Source of the DNA: Chrysomallon squamiferum
Taxonomy: Eukaryota; Animalia; Mollusca
Assembly (NCBI GenBank): GCA_012295275.1
Contig: CM022671.1
Location: forward strand, 9,858,001 to 9,922,000
Length of the DNA: 64,000 bases
Direction: 5' to 3'
Shown here: piece by piece, positions 38,983 to 50,500 of the stretch
Position numbering within the stretch: the stretch's first letter is position 1
Layout: every line of letters begins with the position of its first letter
Notes under the pieces: model-generated
Seen by the model: only the letters and a program-made list of their open reading frames with translations
What the model was told of the DNA's origin: nothing
Databases searched by the model: none
Position numbers and translations under genes: made by a program

Positions 38983-41318
38983 GTCGTTTCATGAGAAATT
39001 TGTATCGATTAGTAGCACGGAATCAATTTATATACCGATCTCTCCTTTTAAAGCTACACAGATCATGACCTTTGCTAAACAGTCTGGAACGGATCATTGC
39101 CCAAAGTGTCCAACAAAGAGAACCGATCGTTCCAGTTAATGTTTTCAACAGGAATTCTTTTTTGTTTTTCTTTATTTTTTTCTGAATTACGAGAATAAAG
39201 AAGAGCTTTTTGGGGTGGGGGGTTAAATATATATATATATAAAAGAAAAAGACGAAAGACAAAACAAATTAAAAAATAGAAATGTTCGGCAAAAATATTT
39301 GTTCATCATGTAAATCCTTGTTACATGGATGTGGATATGGATTGGGATATGTAAATAGAGATAATAAACGACTTTTTGTCTTGAAAATTACATCCACCTT
39401 TTTGGCGGTAACCCTATTTCCGAAATTTTTATACAAAAAAGTATCATTTTCATGGATTCCCACACTTTATGCAGGAATGTGAAGAGATACTGCAGAACAG
39501 TGATTCAGTCTGAAAATATTCCTACACTGATTGTTAAAATTCCACCTAAATGTGTCATTACTTTTTTAGATCATGACTGAAATACGAATCTATATCAAAA
39601 TATATCTTGTAGTAGGTTTGTTTTTTTTTGTTTTTTTTGAAAATCTTTATTATAATAATTATAAATTAAGTTTAAAAACAAAAAAGTTCAGTATAAAGTT
39701 AGGTGGACGTCGCCATTTTTCGATCGTCGAAATGTCATTGCGTAAAGTGCGGACCAGTTTGAACTAATGCTTTTTCCTAACGCTGTCAGAAAAAGAAAAA
39801 AACAAACAAAAAAACACAGCTGTCAGTTTGCCAATGTTCACAATGACGTCCCGACTCCGGCTGTGAAAAAGTTCATTGGCGGCTTCTAAACTGTTTTGTA
39901 AAAGTATTGTTTTGTTACGAGTGATGAGAAGTCCCCAAAAACAGTATAATATGAAAGTATAAACAGTTTTATCAGATTTTTTTTTTACCTCGCCATGGAT
40001 TCATTCTTAACATTTTTAATTGTCCCATTTTATTCGCCATCTTTCACCTAATTATTATACCACTTCTCAATTTTTTATTTTCAATTTTTTGTATGAAGTA
40101 CGGCTATGAACTGTGAGACTTCATATATTATACGATGCAACCAATAAGGTATATCTTTTTTCCTTACATTATTATTATTATTATTATTATTTCCATAGCT
40201 GCCAAAAACGGTGATAATGATGGCAATAGTGATTCTGTGATATGTAGATTAATGTTGACGTGCAAAATGTAACTAAAATACACATTTCCTCTAATTAAAA
40301 AAGAAAGGTAAAACTCAACATTATTCAGAAAAAAATAAGAAGAAAAACACACACACACACATACAAACAAAAACAAAACAAAAATTTAAAATAAATTACA
40401 TTTACTTTTAATAACATATCTGTCAGGGCTATTTAGATAACACTGTTCTTAGCATTTGGTTTTGTGTTATCAGCATTATGTAATGAAGCCACGAAGCAAT
40501 TATTTTTTGTCCGCATTTTGGACACGGATTTTAAATTCGCCATTTTCATAAAGAAATCCAGCACAGACGTATCCTGTTGTCTAAAGTGATGCAGCTTTCT
40601 TCTCTTTTATACTGAGATTCTCCGTTTCCCGCAGTTCAGGAAAATCACAAAATTTGAACTTGCGTCCATTTCTCACTTGAAACATTACCTCTAGATACTA
40701 TTTAAGTGATTCCCACTAAACGATCACGACAAACTTCTCTCAAACTGCTTTCCTTCAAGGTAACCATAACCATCCAAACCCAGACAACAGTTTTCTTTAC
40801 ATATACTGTATGACATGTGTTTGCGCAGTTTTCGTGTCTGTATATTGTTCTATTGCTGTATTATATAGCTGTTAGGTATACTGAAGTTTAATGTTTCGGT
40901 AAATTTTAGGTTTATGTTTACATTTGCAATTTGCTAGACTCTTGCATTTTCCGAATAGGTGATCAACAGTATTCCATTTTCAACAAGCAGACTGTCAGTT
41001 TTGTTTATTACGTAAATTTTTTGAATACTCAATAATAAATTGTACATACTTTTTTTTTAAATGTGATTTTAGGTTATATTACTGAAGAACACTATCTTTG
41101 GATAAAATAAAAACAAAAATAATAAATACTTGTAAATTACAAAGTTTGTGGATCTAAAATTAATATCTGCAAATCATAATTCTAGTTTTACTCTCTTTTT
41201 TTCATATTTATTTATTTATTTATTTGTTCGTTTTTTTTTTTTGGTTTTTTTTTTATAATTATAATTATTATTTTTATTAACGTTAATTACTTCAATAATA
41301 ATAAATATTGCCTAAATG

Positions 41319-41389
41319 TGCATCGACAGGGAATCCAAACCGGCTGACCCGCGTGTCAGGCGAGTATTCTACCACCAGACCACCGATGA
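41319..41389 (-). pseudogene. tRNA-Gly-derived pseudogene with anticodon mutated to GAC
   Basis: Minus strand TCATCGGTGGTCTGGTGGTAGAATACTCGCCTGACACGCGGGTCAGCCGGTTTGGATTCCCTGTCGATGCA: Gly body, G1 lost, T-arm and B-box damaged. Confidence 0.85.
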
Positions 41390-41609
41390 TTCACATTAGT
41401 GAATTTCTAATTGTGTTTCTGTTGCATGCACAACACATAAGGAGTGATTGTCGTGCTACTGAACTTACTGTTGTCATGAAAAATGACCCACCTATATACT
41501 GACATAGTTAAAGTTTGAAAGCTACGTAAAATGAGAAAGTTTAATGGCAACATAAAAAATATTTTAGCACCATTCTCTTAATAATAATAACCTAAAATTT
41601 AACAACATC

Positions 41610-41665
41610 TGCATCGACCGGGAATTGAACCCGGGTCACCCGCGAGGCAGGCGAGTATTCTACCA
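41610..41665 (-). pseudogene. 5'-truncated tRNA-Gly(GCC) pseudogene
   Basis: Minus strand TGGTAGAATACTCGCCTGCCTCGCGGGTGACCCGGGTTCAATTCCCGGTCGATGCA; the first 15 or so nucleotides are missing. Confidence 0.85.
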
Positions 41666-42186
41666 TTTGAACGTTAATCAAATTTTTAATTTGTCGTGTC
41701 TCTACTGGGTCTCACACGTCACAAACATTAAAAAAATTAGTTATAATTATAAATTTATAAAAATTAAAAAATTTATTTACGTTTTCAATACATCCACTTT
41801 GTTTAAATAAACTTTATCAATAAAAAAGATAACAAATCCAAAAAAAACCCCATATACTCCTAAATTTTATAATTTGGTGTTTATAATTTTACTTTTATTT
41901 TATTTTATTTTATTTTATTTTATTTTATTATTATTTATTTTCTCTTTCTTTACCTTTAGCCAAACAAAACGTGTGTCTTTCGTCGAGTTACTTTGAGCCT
42001 TGTTTTCTGAGTACATCTTACTTGATCGCAACGCTGGATCATAATTCCAAACCTCACATGCATCATTTCTGTTACATATGAAAAAAGCTGAAGTGTAAAA
42101 GCGTAATAGAAACATACCAAAAATATTTTAAAATCATTCTTTTAATAATAATAATAATAATCGTCACTTAAATGTTGAGCAAAATG

Positions 42187-42292
42187 TGCACCGACCAGGA
42201 ATCGAACCCGGGTCACCCGCGAATCGAAACCGGGAACTGAACCTGGGTCACCCGCGTGGCAGGCGAGTATTCTACCACTAGACCACCGATGC
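42187..42292 (-). pseudogene. tRNA-Gly(GCC) copy with an internal duplication of about 35 nt (two T-arm modules)
   Basis: Minus strand GCATCGG...CTGCCAC GCGGGTGACCCAGGTTCAGTTCCCGG TTTCGATTC GCGGGTGACCCGGGTTCGATTCCTGG TCGGTGCA (106 nt). Confidence 0.85.
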
Positions 42293-42297
42293 TTGAC

Positions 42298-42367
<70 letters not shown>

Positions 42368-42862
42368 CATACAGTAAAATTTAAATTCAGATACATTTAA
42401 AAATAAAATAATATAATAATAATAAATGCTGCTAAATTATACAGTTTGTTGATCTCGAATTAAACAGATTCTGATTCTATTTTTACTAGTTGTTTGTTAA
42501 TTTTTTAAAACTGATCGCGATATATATATTTTTCGAAACATTCTCACAAAATGTTTAATAAACCTGTCATGTTTTACATTTTTAATTTTTTAATCGTCAC
42601 GTTTCAGTGGACACAGTATTTTACTATTGCTGGTGTGTCTCTTGTTTCTGTTCGATGCACAACACATAAAGAATGATATAGGTGTTACCGATATTTAACG
42701 TTCTGTTGTCATGGAACATTACTCAGCTATATACAGACATATTTTGCAAAAGTGCAAATTGGTTATAATATTAGAAAAGCTCACGTGTAAAAGCGTAATA
42801 GCAAAATAAAAAATATTTTAAAATAAATCTTTTAATAAGCTAAACGTCTGAAAAATTTTTTT

Positions 42863-42870
42863 AAAAAAAA
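42863..42870 (-). terminator. Pol III oligo-T terminator after tRNA-Gly
   Basis: T8 on the minus strand, 2 nt after the discriminator base. Confidence 0.7.
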
Positions 42871-42872
42871 TA

Positions 42873-42943
42873 TGCCTCGACCGGGAATTGAACCCGGGTC
42901 ACCCGCGTGGCAGGCGAGTATTCTACCACTAGACCACCGATGC
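42873..42943 (-). tRNA. tRNA-Gly(GCC), 71 nt, near-intact (one acceptor-stem mismatch, A3:G70)
   Basis: GCATCGGTGGTCTAGTGGTAGAATACTCGCCTGCCACGCGGGTGACCCGGGTTCAATTCCCGGTCGAGGCA folds as a cloverleaf with A and B boxes, followed by a T8 run. Confidence 0.88.
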
Positions 42944-44510
42944 TGTACGTTAATTGAACTTTTAATTTGTCGTGTCTCTAAGAGTCTCTCGCACGTTATA
43001 AATATTTGAAAAAGTAGTTATAATTACAAATTTATAAAAATACAAATCTTTTCATACGTCACGGTTCAGTGGACAGTTCGTGACTTTAGTATTTTAGTGA
43101 CATTCTTCAGTGGTGATTTATTTAGTTTGCATCTGCCAAAAAGTTATTTAGTAATATAGGAGCTACTGACTCAGTGACTGCTCATTTTATATCATCACCA
43201 TTGTAACTGTTTTAATAATAATAAATATGTAAATGTTTATTCAACAAAATACTGTTACATCTATCATTACTACTACAACTACCAATACTACTATGACTAT
43301 GACAAACAGATGGATCAAAATGTTTAATCGCTGTTGTTTGTTTCTGAAAGCAAAATATATTGTAAAGATACTTAATATTGTCTGAATACGCCAATCAGCA
43401 TTTATCAAATTTTGACAAAATGTTTGCCTAGTAATAAATTACTGCTTTTCAAAATGCTTCAGTTCTACCTCTCAAAGCCATTTATTTGAACCTGCTAAGC
43501 ATTGATTTTATCATTGTAAACAAGCTATATTAATATAGTTCACTGACGTAAACCAAACATCAACCTTAAATTTTCCTTACTTCTACTCTCCAGTTTTCCA
43601 CTCATTCCATTCTTTACTTTTAGCCCAACATAGTTACTTTGAGTCTTGTTTTCTGAATACATCTTACATGATCGCGACACTGGAACATAAGTCCTCACGT
43701 GCATAATTTCTGTTTGCTATCTGCTTCGAATGTGTGTTGAAGTACACTTTTTTTTTTTTTTTTTGGGGCACATGTTTGGCTTTCTAAAAGCTAAATATAT
43801 CTGAACAGTAGAACACATTTCTGCTAAAATTACTGACAAACCATTTTTTTTTTTCACATTTCAGTCTGCAGAATGATGTCATAAAAACAAATTAAAATTT
43901 CTTTAAATTCTTAATATTTCGTTGCCATATATTATGTTGATATAAAAGTGACCAGAACAAAAGCAAACAAATATTTTCAAGTACACTAAATATATTGTTT
44001 ATTCTCACTACTACAAATAGTTTCTATACTAACTAGAAAAGCTTCATTGGCCAGTGTTGCAGAATGACATATATTCAAGAATATAAAAATATAATGAACT
44101 ATTTAATGTTTAAAGTAAAAAATGTATAAATAAAAAAAAAAACCCGAATATTCTGACATTAATATAACTAAGGTTTTCTAAAAAAAAGAAATTCTCAAAT
44201 CTATAAAATATAACAAAACTTTTTCAAAAACCTTTTTAATTCAAATAATAATTTAAAATTTAAATAAATTTGAAAACAGGATTTATTCAAGGAAATATAA
44301 ACAGGACAAATTAATTAAATGATGAAACGTTTTATAAAAGGAAAATCCGATATGATAAAATATGAAATAATCATGTTGATGAACAAATTTATATATATAT
44401 ATATATATATAATAAATAAGAACTGGACAAAATATAATATAAAATAACACTACAATAGTTAGATTTTCTTTCTTTATAACAAAAAATAATCTAGGTATCA
44501 TTAATATTAC

Positions 44511-46375
44511 CTTCCCAGCAAATAAAATAACAGGAACTACAAAACGTGATCGACATCGAGCAAATCTCGCCCGTTTCATGTGTTTGCACAGATCACGCAG
44601 TTTAGTCATGTCATAGATACTCTCCACACTGCACATAAAGAAATAATCAAAACTGTATAAATAAATATAAAACATGATATGTGAAACTGTTCTAAATAAA
44701 AAACAAAATAATACCATGTGACAGGATTAAATGTATTTATAACTTTTAATAAAATAAGTGTTGCCAAATTAAAATACTAACAAAATAATATGTGTATGGA
44801 GTACTTCTACTAAGATTGTTATTTTGAAAACCATCATTTCCTTTTCTTTCATAATAAAACTGATTTCATTTTTAAACTTATATGCATACCCTACTTCTGA
44901 AAATTGTGAAAAGATTAAAATTTAAATGTTTACTGACTGTAAGCAATACATGAGATAATATCAAAAATATTTATTTTAATACTTTAATGATTTAAATACT
45001 GAGAGATTATTCAACTGTTACACAAATATATATACATATACAATTTTCAAGTTTTTAAAAATATATTTTAATAAAAATTGATTACTGTGAATATAATAGG
45101 AATGAAAAAAAAACATAAATGTTTCACTTTTCATAATTCTGGTGTCTATCGTGTACTTCATACTCCATTAGAATGATTTTACCCGGATAATGGGCACACA
45201 GTTCACCATTGAAATTTGTCAAAACCTGAAAACAAGACATTGGCATTAAAACCTGAGCAAAATTAAAAAAAAATGAATTACAGCCACACAAGTATCATTT
45301 TTATCATCATGGACATTTTTAAAAACAATGTCATGCTCATATTCAGCCAATCAGCTTATAGAAACATGACATGGATGTTGCAGATTTGGTTGTTGGCTCT
45401 GAGAGCTCAAGATATAGGGTAACTATTTCCATGGGCTGCGGGGGATTAAAGAGTTGAACATGAAGCAAATTTGTTCATGTACAAAGAGGTATATATGTAA
45501 AGATACATGATTTGTAGATGTTTAATACATTTCAGTGAGCTTTCCCCCATTCCATCCTGGAGTATTAAAAACACTAAAATACCCACTGACCTGGCACAAA
45601 TCTAAAACTGATAATTATTACAAAGAATAATAATATGAAAAGGTGCTATTTTGTTTTTGAAATTTTTAACCTTACAAATGAATAGTTCAGAATGTATACT
45701 TACTGAATATTTATAATCCTTTGCAATCAACACTTGACATTATAATACCACCCTGGATAATTAAAACAGTTAACATTATTAGTATTATCATTGTTTAAAT
45801 TAAAATATTAATTCATATGCAAAATAAGTTAAGGTCTTAATACTGTTATATATATATTCTTTATATAAAATGCATTTAATTATGATCTGCTTTAAAAAAA
45901 TATAAAATTGAAAGTGTTTTATTTAAACAATTTAATAAACATAAATAAATAAATATCTCAATTAAATTTGTATTTATTTCACCATTGTGATAAAAGTCAG
46001 TTTCACTCTCACACGTAAATCAGCAAGAACACTGTGGACAAGTTTTGTTAATGTTGTTAACTTTACAATCCCTGTATCAGTATGATTCCACAGACATAGG
46101 CAAAATTACAGAATAGATTCACAGGATGTAAACATTACATGGTTTAAGAATTAAAACTGTGAAAAGTAATTAGGAATATTTCAACACACATTCAGTTTGT
46201 AATAACTGACGTATCTGTAAAAGTGTAATACACTCATGACAATGAATTTTATATTCTGCCAATTTATAAATTTTATGTTAATGTTAAAATGGTGTTTAAC
46301 TTCAGGTCACTTCCCTTAACTTTATGTGTGGTTTTAGAAACGTTCCAAAAGATTGCATACATCTTTCCCAACGAC
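44511..46375 (-). pseudogene. MTMR14: 5' fragment (4 exons) of myotubularin-related protein 14, disrupted
   Basis: Exons: about 46375-46301 (KDVCNLLERF/frameshift/KTTHKVKGSDL), 45752-45704 (KVVL*CQVLIAKDYKYS), 45225-45128 (VLTNFNGELCAHYPGKIILMEYE...), 44628-44511 (VESIYDMTKLRDL...RARFARCRSRFVVPVILFAGK). Introns are phase-compatible GT-AG. These match the MTMR14 N-terminus as I recall it (NGDICGHYP, ARCRGRFVCPVILF). In-frame TAA at 45742-45740. I found no downstream exons. Confidence 0.8.
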
Positions 46376-47508
46376 AATGACAAGATATGTAAAAATGAAC
46401 AAAACTATTAGCATATCATGGAAGTGCATGGCAATAGACACCTGCATCATTGGCCTTTTCAACATCTTTTATAAGAGAGGTAAAAAAGAAAAAGAGAAAT
46501 AAATAAACAAATAATTAATATGGTGCATGTTCTGTTATAGTATTTAAGCATGAATTTTAATTCCAACTCCTTATCAAATAAAACATTTAATAATAATTAT
46601 CTACAAAGAATTAGACAATTTCTTTTCTTTCTTTCTTTTTTTTTTTTTAAATTTATGCAGATACATATTTAAATTCAAAATGCATTTTTGAAATTATGAA
46701 ATTTCATATTCTATTTTGTTTTATGTGACTTTCATGCTAACACATATGCATATATAATTTTTACATTATGTCAGTTACAAATTAAATAAATAAAGAAAGA
46801 AACGTTTGGGAATATTCAAAAGAAAATGCACATTTTTAATTTTATATTTTTTCTTAAAACCTATTCATCTCCCATTCCTGGGAGATCTGCTATGTGATTT
46901 ATTTCCCTCCTTTGAGAAAATCGTATTTTCTCCTCAATACATCACTGTACCAAAACCATTAATATAGAAACATTCTGAGGTTACATTTCAGGACATTTGT
47001 TCATCCTTTTGTTACAAACAGTAATAAAAGCTAAACAAAAAAGCAGTGGAACATTCAACAGACACTGTCACATTATGCATTGCAGTCAACTGTTTAAATA
47101 AGACACAGATCCATTAACAATGTTTAACCTGGAGTTGTCTCATTCATCAGCTCTTTGTTGCCTATAGCAACTCTTCTTCAGCTTTCAAAGACCAGCTGAA
47201 TTTTACACAGCGGAAATATTCAGGATGACCTGTTGTAGACCCTACTCAGACAGATAAGTGAGGATCATAACATAACAAAGAACAAATACTGTTTTAATTA
47301 ACAATTGAGTTTAATATGCCTTTCTCTTTTTGGATCATTCATATCACTCATTTAATATGCGAGTTTTGTTCAAAACTGGTTCATGAATTGACAATTTCAT
47401 TATTCTTAATTTCTGGTTCTGATAATAAACTGTGTCCATTTCATTCCTCATTTTAAAATATCTGTTATTACAGAAATATAAATAAACTAGGAACCAATAC
47501 TATATGTA

Positions 47509-50500
47509 TTATCTTTTATTGTTGCTTGAAAATTGTGCTTTGAATTTAGCATAAACTGCTGTACTTATAATCACATTCACTAGAAGATGTTCATTATCAG
47601 TGTCAGGATCAACAGACTTCACTGTGGCCTCTTTGTACAGCCATCTGAAAAAGTTACACAGTCTTTTATTTACAATACAGCTGAAGTACTACTTTATATT
47701 TATTAATTTTTTAATGCTGAACTATCTCAAGTTTATCTGACATTTAACAGCCATTACATTACTTTCTAAAAATATCATTTATATAAAACATTCTGTACTT
47801 AAATGAATATTAATCAGTTAATACAGAAAGTTGGCTATCTCAATATAAACTTATATTTGTAATATAAAGAAGTGAAGACCTAAATGCAGCAGTTTCATTA
47901 TTCACAACACATATCTGCTATAATCAGTGTCAAACATTTTCTAACACAACTGCAGATCACCTTTATTTTACTGGAATGGTAAACAAAATGGTAGGACATG
48001 ACAACATCTGTTTGGTAACACAGTCTATCCAGTCAGTGCTAAAAACACTTTCTTCTGTAGTCCAGTAGTGCTAAAAACATTTACTTCTGTAGTCCAGTCA
48101 GTGCTAAAAACACTTACTTCTGTAGTCCAGTCAGTGCTAAAAACACTTACTTCTGTAGTCCAGTCAGTGCTAAAAACACTTACTTCTGTAGTCCAGTCAG
48201 TGCTAAAAACACTTCTATAGTCCAGTCAGTGCTAAAAACATTTACTTCTGTAGTCCAGTCAGAGCTAAAAACACTTACTTCTGTGGTCCAGTCAGTGCTA
48301 AAAACACTTACTTCTGTCGGAATTCACTACTTAGAAAATGTGTCTAACATACATCTTGCATTCAGATCTTAACAATTTGGGGTTTTTTTTCTTACAGATT
48401 GAACATTTCATCTGTCATTGAAATAATAACTACAGCTAAAACAACAACAACACTTCAAATGAAATGTTTATGAATACATAATACATGTTTACCTAAGGTG
48501 TTCACCATCCATTGGAATGCGGAAGGTTTTATCCAACTGACCAGTTGATGCTATGAGGTCATCTTGAATCTTACTCTGCAGTTCTGCTAAGCCTTTCCCT
48601 GTTGTAGCTGAGACCAAAAAGGCATTCTTTTTTACATTGATGGCTTCATCAGTGCTGCAATTTAAAATGTGTTGCAGAATTTATAAAACAAACTATAATT
48701 ATATTTTAAAATCAGTAATGCAAATACCGAAATATAGTGTTACAAAATAAATATAAAAAAACAACAAAAAAACCCCAACAACTGAAAATAACTCAGAGAA
48801 CATGTTTCAACTGTAACAAGATAATTAAATAGAGCATACCATGGTATTAAATCAACTTTATTGTAGACTTCTATAATATTTGACATCTGAGCTGATGATA
48901 GCATCATCCTCAATGTCCCAATAACATTATCATGCTGAGCTTCTGTGTCTGGATGACTTATGTCTCGTACATGTACAATAACATCCTGATACAAGAAGAG
49001 AATATGCAAGTAACAAAAACAAATACATAGATTAAATCATGCCTTTAAAACAAATTAATTGGATAAACTGGTGTAAAGATATTAATGTAAAATGTATTTT
49101 AATATAATAATGCACATAATTTTCATTTTAACTAGTTGAATGTAAATTCTACAAAACACTTATAATCATTGCTAACATTTGTTACTTCTCGCAAAAAACA
49201 AATAGTTCAGGAACTAAAATTTTAATTTCAAGAAAGAATGGATTAAATCATGGCCATTTGAAAATTAAATACTTAACAAATTTTCCAATGACTTTTTCCT
49301 CATTTGTTTCTAAATATAATCATGGCATTAGCAGTCATTACCTTTTATAAAGTTGGAATGAATATCTCCTTGGATTTTTGAAATTCTTACAGAATTTAAG
49401 AAGTAAGATTTTTTTTTTTTCAGTTATTGTTATTCCAACATATTTACAATCCCTGTTTTACAGAAAGGTAAATATGGGATGAAAAAATATGTAATATTTC
49501 TATTTAGTTCCTTACAGCAAGAACAGCATCTTCTAGAGTAGCAGCAAAAGCATTGATCAAATCCAGCGGAATGTCAGAAATAAATCCAACTGTGTCAATG
49601 AAAACAGCTGTCATCTTATTGGGTAATCTGCCTGCATGGGCTGTAACATCAAGTGTTGCAAACAGCTGGTCTTTGGGTATCAAACTAGAATCTCCAGTTA
49701 ATGCTTTAATTAGAGCAGTTTTCCCTGAAATAATTTAGAATTATCTTATATTGTTACTAACTATCAAAAAATATATCTTAATTTTAAAATATATTTAAAA
49801 AGAATCCACAGCCTTAAACAAAAGAAATGAACAAAAAATAAACACTTTTTAAAAATGTTTTAGCTTTCATTATTGTACTTTCTAATATCTAATTAAAAGT
49901 TTACAGTAAATGATTTCACTTTCTAGAATAAATTTAAATCAGTCAGTGATATGCTAAAGGGACCTGAACATTTTTATTGGGTACATATTATAACTATGTT
50001 TCATTCTTTAAAGTGTAATACACATTATTTGGTATCTGTGTTAAAATAAATATATATAACAAAAGAACAAAAACATAAATGTTTTTCAGTTGTAAGAAAT
50101 AAAGATATAGTAAAAACATGCTACCAGCATTGGTGTAGCCAACAACTGCTACTGATGGAATTTGCTTCCGCTGTCGGTTTCTGCGTAACAAACTTCTTTG
50201 ACCTTTCAACTCTTTCAGAATGTTTTTGAGTTTCAGTTCCCTTTCCTGGGTACATGTTTAAAGAAACAAATTATAATAATGAATTCAGAAAATTAACAAA
50301 GAAATCTCTAGCAACTAACAAAAAATGTCAAATTGAATTTGATCAAGTCAGTTGACAAAAACAGTGAATGTATGAAAAAATGTTACTTCACTGTATCATT
50401 TTAAGTGTATGTATGTATGTATTTCTCTTTCTACTATCTTTGTGTACCTGTGTGTGAATGTTAATTTAGTTTTAATAGTGAACCTATTAACAGAATTGAA

